A stretch of DNA of 63,045 nt, counting the filler, from Octopus bimaculoides (taxonomy: Eukaryota): NCBI RefSeq assembly GCF_001194135.2. It is 5 parts of 4 records of this genome, joined end to end, with 100 filler letters (N's around TTAATTAATTAA, not from the genome) between each part and the next. Parts side by side here need not be neighbours in the genome. Positions count along the whole stretch, not along the records: positions 30,186 to 55,500 come from NC_068994.1; 4 more parts are not named here. One strand, written 5' to 3'. Numbering within the stretch: the first letter of the stretch is position 1; each line of letters opens with the position of its first letter. A program made the translations under genes and the position numbers. This document shows, in pieces, positions 39,130 to 50,405 of this stretch. The notes beneath the pieces are model-generated. The model made no database searches, was not told where the DNA came from, and saw only the letters and a program-made list of their open reading frames with translations.

Positions 39130-39848
39130 TATATGCTCACAGGGGTCCTTTATCGCAAATAGCTGTCACGTGGTAGCAGGGCGTGCTAGAAATTGCAACC
39201 AAATATTTGGAGATGAGATACGTTGAATGCACTCGAAAAAATACTATGGAAAAAAATTATTTCACACTGAGGTTACGAACGGGTCTTTTACGAAATATTT
39301 ACCGTATTTTTAAAGTAATTTTCTCTTCGAAATATTTTTTAAATATGTCAATAAAAATTTTGTAATGGTATTAATAATTTTTAAAAATATCAAAATATTG
39401 TATGCTTAAAGAAAGCGAAAATATAAATACTTATTGCACAAACAAATTACATTTTTGAAATCACATTCACTTAAAAATATTTCTAAATGATTAAAATATT
39501 GTATTTAACAAAAGCGAAAATAGAAACATTTACTGTAAAACAACAAATCATATTTTTTCGTTGTCAAGTCACGGTGTCTAATCGAAAGGTTAGAGTTTCA
39601 TCTCTTTCAGGTTGAAGTTATATTCGGAACATTTTTCCATTATGCACCGTTTTGGGTATTTATACCTACAAACCTCGAATATCTCAATAACTACTGGTCC
39701 GATTTACGCGAAACTTGTTTTATTCCGTTCAAATTAACATTTCAGGGGTAACTTAATTCATAGTATTTTCCCATTATGCGCCAGTTTAGTTGGGTAACAT
39801 TGCAAGCAAGCAAGCAAGATTGAATTTCACTTTTATTAGTATATAGAT
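39130..39848 (-). mobile_element. Non-autonomous Helitron/Helentron-like (DINE/HINE-type) element, tentative
   Basis: The minus strand begins atctatatactaataaaag, followed by a (ttgc)n microsatellite and a core aagtttcgcgtaaatcggaccagtagttattgagat typical of this class. Confidence 0.45.
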
Positions 39849-40225
39849 GATATAGTAAAGGCGCGTGTTTAGGGCGTTGTACCCACGGTCCTTAGATCAT
39901 GAGTTCAATTATCGGACTATGCGGCCCGTTCTGTTTTTGAGCGAAACATTTCACATTGTTCCAATCCACTCAGATGTATGCGGGTAACCATGTGACGGGA
40001 TAGCCTTCTGATCGGGGAGAATGTTGGTCTGCTCACCCAGCCAATGGGGTGGTATCATTCGGAGAAAGGTACAAGAATGTAAAGCACAATGTGACCAGCG
40101 ATGTTTAACAACATCCTATAGTGTGGTCGGTACCGTGAACTATATATATATATATACATACATACATGTGTGTATGTGTGTGTGTGTGTGTATGTGCATG
40201 TGCGTGCGTGTAAGTATGTGTATGG

Positions 40226-40274
<49 letters not shown>

Positions 40275-41996
40275 CACACAAGATTTACCAGTTGAAAATA
40301 ATATATCTATAAATGTTTATTGTAAACGGTTCTAAATGTTTCCTAACAGTTTTAAGCTTACCCAACAGCTTTTGCCAAAATGCTGAGATAGAATCTACGC
40401 AGTCATTTGTCTCGAAAGAGACTCACTAGAGTTTCTCTCAAATCCTACCCACTGTCTTTTTTTTGTATTTGCTTCTTATACCTTCTCTCTCTCTCTCTCG
40501 CTCTCTCTCTCTCGCTCTCTCTCTCATTCCCTCTCTCTCTTTCTCTTTCTCTCTCTCTCTCTCTTTCTCTCTGTTCATGCGTATAAGGAAAGAGAAATAG
40601 TTAAAGCCAATCGTGTTCAATTAATAAATCATAAAGTCTCTCTTTCGCCACTCTCTCTCTCACTCTCTCTGTCTGTAGGTGTATAGTTCTACGTAGGCAG
40701 GCGTACACATGTGTGTATGTTTGCCACCAGTGCCAAAACGTATAGGCTGAATATCCAGTCAGCCGTGCCAAGCCGTCAGCATCCAAACTACCGCGCCCAA
40801 TCGTTTCATTACGTGGTCTTCAGATGATTGTGTAGAAGGGAAAGAATAGTTCAATGGTTCGAATCCTACTTTTAATTATAATGTTTAATATGTTACACCT
40901 TTTTTTTATTAAACATTTTGAGTCCTTCACCGTTTAACCTCTTACTGTGTTAATCGAACATGGATATGATTGATGATAGTCCAGACATGACCATCCCACA
41001 TTTTTGTATTTATGTATATTTAAGACTGCATAGTCTACCGTATTTTTCAAGGCTGTAGAATACGATCTGAAAGAGGATTTTGGTTGCTGTTTGTAGCAGG
41101 TCGAGCGACAACATAGAGATATATCATATCTGATTGGCTTCCTAGCGAGAAAGGTAGATATGAAGAATGGAAAAGAACAGTAAAATTATAGTATACATGA
41201 ACACACACACACGCNNNNNNNNNNNNNNNNNNNNNNNNNNNNNNNNNNNNNNNNNNNNNNNNNNNNNNNNNNNNNNNNNNNNNNNNNNNNNNNNNNNNNN
41301 NNNNNNNNNNNNNNNNNNNNNNNNNNNNNNNNNNNNNNNNNNNNNNNNNNNNNNNNNNNNNNNNNNNNNNNNNNNNNNNNNNNNNNNNNNNNNNNNNNNN
41401 NNNNNNNNNNNNNNNNNNNNNNNNNNNNNNNNNNNNNNNNNNNNNNNNNNNNNNNNNNNNNNNNNNNNNNNNNNNNNNNNNNNNNNNNNNNNNNNNNNNN
41501 NNNNNNNNNNNNNNNNNNNNNNNNNNNNNNNNNNNNNNNNNNNNNNNNNNNNNNNNNNNNNNNNNNNNNNNNNNNNNNNNNNNNNNNNNNNNNNNNNNNN
41601 NNNNNNNNNNNNNNNNNNNNNNNNNNNNNNNNNNNNNNNNNNNNNNNNNNNNNNNNNNNNNNNNNNNNNNNNNNNNNNNNNNNNNNNNNNNNNNNNNNNN
41701 NNNNNNNNNNNNNNNNNNNNNNNNNNNNNNNNNNNNNNNNNNNNNNNNNNNNNNNNNNNNNNNNNNNNNNNNNNNNNNNNNNNNNNNNNNNNNNNNNNNN
41801 NNNNNNNNNNNNNNNNNNNNNNNNNNNNNNNNNNNNNNNNNNNNNNNNNNNNNNNNNNNNNNNNNNNNNNNNNNNNNNNNNNNNNNNNNNNNNNNNNNNN
41901 NNNNNNNNNNNNNNNNNNNNNNNNNNNNNNNNNNNNNNNNNNNNNNNNNNNNNNNNNNNNNNNNNNNNNNNNNNNNNNNNNNNNNNNNNNNNNNNN

Positions 41997-42048
<52 letters not shown>

Positions 42049-42374
42049 ACATATATATATGTATATGTATGCATGCGTATGTATGTTTACATATGCACAT
42101 GAAGTCACATACGTATATGCTTATGGTTATGTGCGTTACCGCGCGCGCGCACGTCTGTGTGTGTGTGTGTGTGTGTGCATAAAGGCATTGTACTGAAAGG
42201 ATGTCTTTGTTACGGTTTTATCGTTTTTATCAAAGTTTTTCATATTTTCGCGCATATATACATATATATATATATAAATACGTACACGCACGCTTGTATC
42301 TACGCATATATACATACATATTTACATATATATATACATATGAGTATGCATGTATATGTATATATATATGCATT

Positions 42375-42410
<36 letters not shown>

Positions 42411-43089
42411 AAACAACCGCAATTCCTGTGGCTAGGCCAGTTACATTTGCCCTGCTTATTGTAAGTAGGTAGCAACACACGCCAATACCACCTTATCCTG
42501 AAGATGAAACTAGAAAAGTTTTGAGTTTAAGAGACTTGCATAAAGACTATAGGCTCACGTATGTAGCTTTATAGTTACTATATATATATATATATATACA
42601 ACACGGTGGTGCATCAGCATGGCCGCAGCTCTGAGCTGAAACTTTGAAATGAAATGAAAATATATATATATATATATACGTATATGTGTGTGTATGTGTT
42701 TGTGTCTGAGTTCCTCCCTCCCCAGTGTCTGTGAAGCGATGTTGGTGTGTTTATGTTCCCATAACTTAGTGGTTCGGTAATATNNNNNNNNNNNNNNNNN
42801 NNNNNNNNNNNNNNNNNNNNNNNNNNNNNNNNNNNNNNNNNNNNNNNNNNNNNNNNNNNNNNNNNNNNNNNNNNNNNNNNNNNNNNNNNNNNNNNNNNNN
42901 NNNNNNNNNNNNNTATATATATATATATATGTAAGTATGTATGTATGTATGTATATATGTTTGTATGTATGTATGTATGTATGTATATGACGGACTCTCT
43001 AGTCGAAGGCGACATATGAGTGTTCAGCGAGGAGACAGAAAAGAATCCAACCAAATAGACAACCAACAACACACGTTATTATTACTACT

Positions 43090-45245
43090 ATTGTCCAATG
43101 TTTGCAATTCATTTACTTTACCTGGTGTCTCCTAATGGCGATTCCTAAGGCCATCAAAAGCAATATGGATATGAGTACAGGATCTAGCTGAGAAATCGCA
43201 TTGTTGACAATGGTGTTTTGCGAGAAGACTGTTGTTCTGTTGGTTTATTTTTCTAGTTTCCTTTAACTTCTCTTGATTCCTCACATTTCCAGGAGAGTGC
43301 TATTCTCTACTCTATCATCCTAATATTAATCTTACATATTTGCTTATGTCATCTCATATGAAAGCTTTTCAGTTGATTGGTTTTCTTACAATGGTTTGTC
43401 CAGGTCTCTGCTCTATAAATGTATTATTTGGACAGCTGACTTATACATGTCTATTTCTGTCCTTACTGAGACATCATTAGCATTCCAAAGTCGACCATAA
43501 ACTTCCCAAAAACTGTATTGGTGTTTCCAATACGAGTTTGGACCTTCCTATCGAGTTTATCATCACTAGTTTCTGAAGAACCCAAATATGTGAGAGCATC
43601 AATTGTTTTCAGAGCTTTGCCTTCAACAAACACTGGGCAAGATTTCCAGGATATGGCTGATACAACAGTTCAGTTATTTTTATGCTGATAGTTAAGCTAA
43701 AAGATCTGGCTTCTGCTGTAAATCTATCACTGATGTGCTGGATGTCATGGTGTGTATGAGCAACTAGAGCACAATCATCTGCAATCAGTAAGTTTCTTAT
43801 TGTCTGAGATGCAACTTTAGTCCTTGCTTTGAACCGCTGTTACTTGAAGATACCACCCGTTGTTCTATATTCAAGAAAGACACTATCTTCTACATCAGAA
43901 AGAGGACAATCTAGCATTACTGCAAATAATACTGGTGCCGAAATACAACCTTATTTTGTATCGTTTTTAACATCAAAAGGCTGAGACTGACTGCCATTTG
44001 AGAGAATAGATGCCTTCATATCTGTAAGGACACTATAATATTTGACATTTGCTCGGGAATCCCGAGTTTTGTTAATAGTTACCACAACGCATGCCGACAT
44101 ATAGAATCAAAAGCTTTCGTAACGTCAACAAATTCCTTATAGAGGCCTTTATTGTTCTCTCGGGCTTTCTCTTGCAAACTGAATATTGTATCCGCTGTCC
44201 TTCCACCTGACTTAAACCCACACTGACTCACTGGATAGATAGAACCGACTAAGTCAGAGTTAATTCTGTTTAAGATTACTCTAGAGAGGACTTTTTCTGC
44301 AACAGAGAGCAGCGATACGCCATGATGATTGTCACATTCAAACTTATTACACTTATATGAATGTACAATTGTTGCATCTTTAAATTGTTGATGGACAATT
44401 CCTGTTTGCCACATTTGAACTATAAGCTCTGTCAATTTATCTGTCAAAGTATTTCCGCCAGATCTAAAAATTTCTCCAAGAGTACCATCCAAGCGTAGAT
44501 CTAATGCAAGAGAATCAATTATTGGTCTTTAGGCGATATTATTGATTGAGTTCATGTCTACATTTGTATCTTAATAAACGCATCTTTAAAATGTTCTGTC
44601 CAACGTTTCAATACGTCATTATGGTCTGTGAGAAGATTCCCTTCTGTAGAAAGAACAGGAAAGCACCCTTCTATTCTGGGACCAAATGTCCCCTTCTAAT
44701 TTTGGTAAAGACCTTTCATGTCATGTTTGTCGGCTGATTCTTGCAGAGCTTTAGCCTTTTGTTCCCACCACTTTTGGTTAATTTCTGGGAATTTAGTTTG
44801 AACAGAGTTTTTAGCAGACTTGTAAAGCTTAATCATCTCAGCAATGTTCTTATAAACAGTCTTTTCTTTATGAAGTCTGTACATTTCTTGAGGCTGTTCA
44901 TTTATAATCTCATCATTTTCCTCAAACCAATCTTGGCTTTTACAGCATGAAAACCTAAGAATGTCTGACTCGTAAACAGTATCTCTAGGATGACCCTACG
45001 ATTCTTCCATATTTTCCGCGATTCTAACATTAGTTAACTTTTTATCAAGTGTTTGAGCGAGAATAAACTTGTTATCTACTTTAATCTTTTGAAATATCAA
45101 GTTCCCTAATCATTATTTTACCATTTTTTAATGACCAGCATTGGTCTTATTTTCACCGTACTACAAATTATAGCCTGGTCAGACCAGCATTTTGCCTTAT
45201 TGAAAGAACGTGTTAATCTAACGTCATGAACGTGTTAAGATAATA
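43090..45245 (-). mobile_element. RTE-clade LINE, 3' portion (endonuclease C-terminus, RT, C-terminal Cys motif), decayed
   Basis: HDVRLTRSF..CWSDQ, DGTLGEIFRSGG, FKDATIVH, HGVSLLSVAEKV, QCGFKSG, FVDVTKAFDSI, LLIADDCAL and CQQCDFS. Confidence 0.9.
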
Positions 45246-46830
45246 AGCATGTCAAGTCGCTCTTGAGCGACCTGACATGTTTGTTACCATGTATTTGTAA
45301 CATGTAACCCAGTACAACCTGTTGCATGGTCGGGTCGTCGGTGACTAAACTGGCAACCCCACTGAGCTTGCTTGGTGAGGAGGGTGACTGTTAGATATCC
45401 TGCGTAACAAAAATATAACCGTAAAAGATGGGGGAGAAACTCATGAGTAGACAACGGCCATCGAATAAAATGTACATATGTATATATTATTTATATACTT
45501 TATTTTATTTATATTTTTTAATTTTATATCTTTAATATATATAATATTTTATATTTTTTGTATTCCTTTTTATATATTTTTATATTTTATGTATTGTATA
45601 TCCCGTTTTATATATTTTTTATGTTATGTTCTTTGTATATGTGTGTTTAAGTGTGCGTTGAGTCACCAACCCTCAACCCATTGGTTGATCAAGCCTTGCC
45701 ATCACTATTTGATCTGCGATCTGGTCTGCATCTGACATGTGGTACACTGTACACCAGTACAGGTTATGCTTTCTAGGTGCAGAGAGTGGGTTTTGTCCAG
45801 CACAAGAAACTTCCACTTTAAACAAACTCATAGTGCTGGCCGTTCAGCGATGAAATGATAGCAAAGGGGACAAGAGGAGAAAGTCACTGGGAGTCTGTAG
45901 CTTGAGCTTTGTACGTATGGTGGTAAGAAGCAGATGGCCGTTCTGTGAAACTTACGTGAGTAATTTTCCAGTCCGTGTCCTTAATTATAAAGCAGCGTAA
46001 TTAGGATGGCACTGCCCTCAAAAATTGTTTGCTCACACAATCCTGTCATTATACTATGAATTACTGGACTTTCAACCCTGCAATCAGAAAATTGTGAGAA
46101 GACAAAAGAAAAAGGGTCGAGAAACAAATATGAGTATAACAGCTTGGAACGTACGCACACTTCAGGACCACAAGAAGCGTCCTAAGCCAAAACAACATTT
46201 ATAGCTTGGCTTCAGAGAAGTAAAATTGTTAGTTTTGCCTCTCTTTCAGAGACAAAGCTACCACATTCTAGTCAGCTGAATGAATTAGTTGGAGGGTACA
46301 CTTTCTGCTAGATTGGTTTTTCTGAAGCAGAAAAAAAAAAAGAGAATCTGGTGTAGGTTTCACTATTAATAATGATATTCTACATAAACTGGAATCCATT
46401 ATCAAATGGAATTAATGATCGTCTAATGTTATTGCGAATTCCAATTGGCCTAGGAAAATATGCTACACTGGTAAGTGCTTACGCACCGATACTTGGTTCT
46501 GCAGATGCAGTCGAGGAAAAATTTTGTTCCGATTTACGAATATTACTGGACTGAATTCCCAATCAAGATAATTTTTCCTTTTAAGAGATTTTAATGCCCT
46601 TGTTGGATCAGATTAAATTTCTTGGTCAAATATTATTGGTAAGCATGGTTTTGGTAAAATGAACTCAAATGGACTCCTCCTACAATCTTTGTACAGTAAG
46701 TTTGGACCTTCTGTCACCAATACACTTCAATTCAATTCAACAATCTAATACAAAAAAAAAACAAAAAAACAAACAACTTGGTATCATCCTAGATCGGGTC
46801 ATGACTATGTGATCATCTGAAGCCTAGATA
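45246..46830 (+). mobile_element. RTE-clade LINE, 5' portion (5' UTR + APE endonuclease N-terminus), inverted relative to the 3' portion
   Basis: ITAWNVRTL, LSETKL, SGVGF, NDRLMLLRIP, TLVSAYAP, DFNALVG, IGKHGFGKMNSNG and TTWYHPRSGH..DYVII on the plus strand. Confidence 0.88.
45285..45353 (+). ncRNA. Candidate (degenerate) HDV-like ribozyme at the RTE 5' end
   Basis: P1 (t)accat/atggtc, P2 ccagt/actgg, P3 aca/tgc, L3 acctgt with CC, GGG for P1.1, short P4 tc..ga, and J4/2 Ctaa. Confidence 0.4.
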
Positions 46831-46859
46831 GAAATATATATATTTTTTATCTTTTACAT

Positions 46860-47252
46860 ATAGGCGCTAGTGTGGTTGTGGTTGCTTCCTAACCACATGG
46901 TTCTGGGNNNNNNNNNNTCAATCTCACTGCGTGGCACCTTGACCAAGTATCTTTTACTATAGCCTCGGGCCGATCAAAGGCTTGTGAGTGGATTTGGTTG
47001 ACGGAAACTGAAAGAAGCCTGTCGTATATATATTTATGTGTGTTTGTGTTTGTGTTTGTCCGCCCCCCCCCTCCGCCATCACTTGATAACCGACGCTGGT
47101 GTCTTTTTGTCCCCGCAGCTTAGCGATAGAATAGGTACGAAGCTTACAAACAATAAGTCTTGGTGTCGATTTCTTCTACTAAAACTCTTTAAGGCGGTGC
47201 TCCAGCATGGCCGCAGTCAAATGACTGAAACAAGTAAAAGAATAAAAGAATT
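46860..47252 (+). mobile_element. SINE family A, full length
   Basis: Head taggcgc..gtgtggt..ccacatggtt through to tail gactgaaacaagtaaaagaataaaag. Confidence 0.85.
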
Positions 47253-47280
47253 TACGTATATACATTTTTACACACGCAGG

Positions 47281-47319
<39 letters not shown>

Positions 47320-47502
47320 ACACACATAAACACACATTTTTGCTTCTGTCTCCATGCTGATACCACTTGCATTATTCACGTTCGCTCATCCATTTTTCCA
47401 GTGGGCCGTGTTGTTGTCTAGGAGTTCACTGATACATTCATACATACATGCACGTATGTATATATACATACACACACACATATACATACACACATATATA
47501 TG

Positions 47503-47534
<32 letters not shown>

Positions 47535-48493
47535 NNNNNNNNNNNNNNNNNNNNNNNNNNNNNNNNNNNNNNNNNNNNNNNNNNNNNNNNNNNNNNNNNN
47601 NNNNNNNNNNNNNNNNNNNNNNNNNNNNNNNNNNNNNNNNNNNNNNNNNNNNNNNNNNNNNNNNNNNNNNNNNNNNNNNNNNNNNNNNNNNNNNNNNNNN
47701 NNNNNNNNNNNNNNNNNNNNNNNNNNNNNNNNNNNNNNNNNNNNNNNNNNNNNNNNNNNNNNNNNNNNNNNNNNNNNNNNNNNNNNNNNNNNNNNNNNNN
47801 NNNNNNNNNNNNNNNNNNNNNNNNNNNNNNNNNNNNNNNNNNNNNNNNNNNNNNNNNNNNNNNNNNNNNNNNNNNNNNNNNNNNNNNNNNNNNNNNNNNN
47901 NNNNNNNNNNNNNNNNNNNNNNNNNNNNNNNNNNNNNNNNNNNNNNNNNNNNNNNNNNNNNNNNNNNNNNNNNNNNNNNNNNNNNNNNNNNNNNNNNNNN
48001 NNNNNNNNNNNNNNNNNNNNNNNNNNNNNNNNNNNNNNNNNNNNNNNNNNNNNNNNNNNNNNNNNNNNNNNNNNNNNNNNNNNNNNNNNNNNNNNNNNNN
48101 NNNNNNNNNNNNNNNNNNNNNNNNNNNNNNNNNNNNNNNNNNNNNNNNNNNNNNNNNNNNNNNNNNNNNNNNNNNNNNNNNNNNNNNNNNNNNNNNNNNN
48201 NNNNNNNNNNNNNNNNNNNNNNNNNNNNNNNNNNNNNNNNNNNNNNNNNNNNNNNNNNNNNNNNNNNNNNNNNNNNNNNNNNNNNNNNNNNNNNNNNNNN
48301 NNNNNNNNNNNNNNNNNNNNNNNNNNNNNNNNNNNNNNNNNNNNNNNNNNNNNNNNNNNNNNNNNNNNNNNNNNNNNNNNNNNNNNNNNNNNNNNNNNNN
48401 NNNNNNNNNNNNNNNNNNNNNNNNNNNNNNNNNNNNNNNNNNNNNNNNNNNNNNNNNNNNNNNNNNNNNNNNNNNNNNNNNNNNNNNNNNNNN

Positions 48494-48760
48494 GATCAAC
48501 GGAACAGCCTGCTCGTGAAATTAACGTGCAAGTGGCTGAGCACTCCACAGACACGTGTACCCTTAACGTAGTCCTCGGGGATATTCAGCGTGACACAGTG
48601 TGACAAGGCTGACCCTTTGAATTACAAGCACAACAGAAACAGGAAGTAAGAGTGAGAGAAAGTTGTGGTGAAGGAGTACAGCAGGGTTCGCCACCATCCC
48701 CTGCCGGAGCCTCGTGGAGCTTTAGGTGTTTTCGCTCAATAAACACTCACAACACCCGGT
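48494..48760 (-). mobile_element. SINE family E body
   Basis: Its reverse complement aligns with 23130-23270 (cagccttgt...gctgaat.tcccc.aggacta...). Confidence 0.75.
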
Positions 48761-49599
48761 AGAAACCATGCCAAATCAGACTGGAGTCTGGTGCAGCCTT
48801 CCAGCTTGCCAGTCCTAGTCAAACGGTCTAACTCATGCCAGCGTGGACAACGGAAGTTAAATGACTATAATGAAGAAAAATGGCAGCACACGTAACCATT
48901 TCCAGAGGAATTCCCCATCCCTAGCCTTCCTCCCACCCGAAACTTGTTGAGAAGAGGAAGAAGTTCGAGCTAAATGTCCTCAAAGTGAAGATCTAACTTG
49001 AAAGTTTGCGATAGAATAAACTCTGATTTAGGTACCCAAGGACCTGGTAGGGATGTCAAACAGGGTACCGAATTACATCTACCACCACATAAAAACATGC
49101 ATTTCATTCGATGGGTTCCACAGTATTTCTGTCGACCCAATATTTTTTTCACAAGAACAAAGGGGTTCCAAGTTGGGTCCTACTTTGTCGTAACGAACCC
49201 AGAATAATGAGCTTAAGAAGCGGAAACCTTAAATTTACAATCTTAGCACTGATGAAGCAAATATGTGGCTAGTGGCGTTCCAGCTATGGCTATCTCATCC
49301 TACTCTCTGGCATCGTGCATCTAGGATTAGAGTATCTAATGTAAGGTCATTCCTTCCATGTAAACATGTAATTCAAGATACATTTAGCTACTATTTCTTT
49401 CAGGTCAAACGACCAGGAAGAAGCTCTCCTTCTCTCTCTATCATTGTTGTTGTTAATACGATGACGATATGTATATCAGGGAGTACATCTTCCTTTGTGA
49501 GTGATTTTACCACTATTTCTAGCACGACTCTTTACAAGACAACTTTGTCGGCTCGTTATTGCAGTTGTTACTGTTGTTTGCATTGTTGTGGTGTTGTGG

Positions 49600-49724
49600 T
49601 TTATGCTGACGGCGATGATGACAACGATGCTGGTTGTAGTGGTGGGGGTGAGGGTAATGCTGCTGGTGATGGTGATTGTGGTGGCAGTAGTGATGATGGG
49701 GAGATGATGATGATGATGATGATA

Positions 49725-49760
<36 letters not shown>

Positions 49761-49788
49761 TTGATAATGATGATGATGATGATGATGT

Positions 49789-49836
<48 letters not shown>

Positions 49837-50010
49837 CGACGACGACGAAGACGACGGTGACGACGACGACGATGATGATGGTGGTGATGATGATGGTAGT
49901 GATGATGATGATGGTGGTGATGATAGTGGTGGTGACGATGATGTTGATGACGACTATGATGACAATGTAGGTAGTGATGACATGGTGATTGTGGTACCGA
50001 CAACGACGAT
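49600..50010 (+). repeat. (GAT/GAC/GGT)n trinucleotide expansion
   Basis: Long atg/gat run, the source of the spurious poly-Met and poly-His ORFs. Confidence 0.95.
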
Positions 50011-50089
50011 GAGAATAATGGTGGTGGTCTTTTCTCCTTCGTTTTACTTTTTGTTGTCTTAATATTCCCCCCCCCCCTTTCTTTCAATA

Positions 50090-50122
50090 CACTGTTTCTC
50101 ACTATTTTTCATTTACTTACAG
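50090..50122 (+). promoter_or_regulatory. Splice acceptor for the protocadherin exon
   Basis: Pyrimidine-rich tract ctgtttctcactatttttcatttacttacAG, with AG at 50121-50122. Unique sequence follows. Confidence 0.65.
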
Positions 50123-50405
50123 ATGTACACGGAATTGTGACATGACATGCCTTCCATAGCATGCAGTTAGACGCATGCGATGCGGGACGGTCGTACAACA
50201 CGTCAATTCTATGATGAAGCCGAATGTGTGCAGAACATTCTTACGACATGTCGTAGCTATGATGAGACCCGACAAATGCGAAACTATTGCGTTATCTGCT
50301 TTTGTTATGATCTGTCCTGACGTGTGTAGGATCATAGTAAGTCGTAGTATTTTTATGACCTGGATAGATGCGTGGAGGACGCTTGCTCGACATATCATAG
50401 CTGGG

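Noticed and set aside
49200-49290. taatga-gct-taaga-agc-ggaaac and a nearby ctgatgaagc as hammerhead cores
   Set aside because: The first has core mutations and no stem I or III. The second has no GAAA partner.
49263-50102. Poly-Met (235 aa, +) and poly-His (208 aa, -) ORFs next to the protocadherin
   Set aside because: They are translations of a (GAT)n microsatellite with no domain content.
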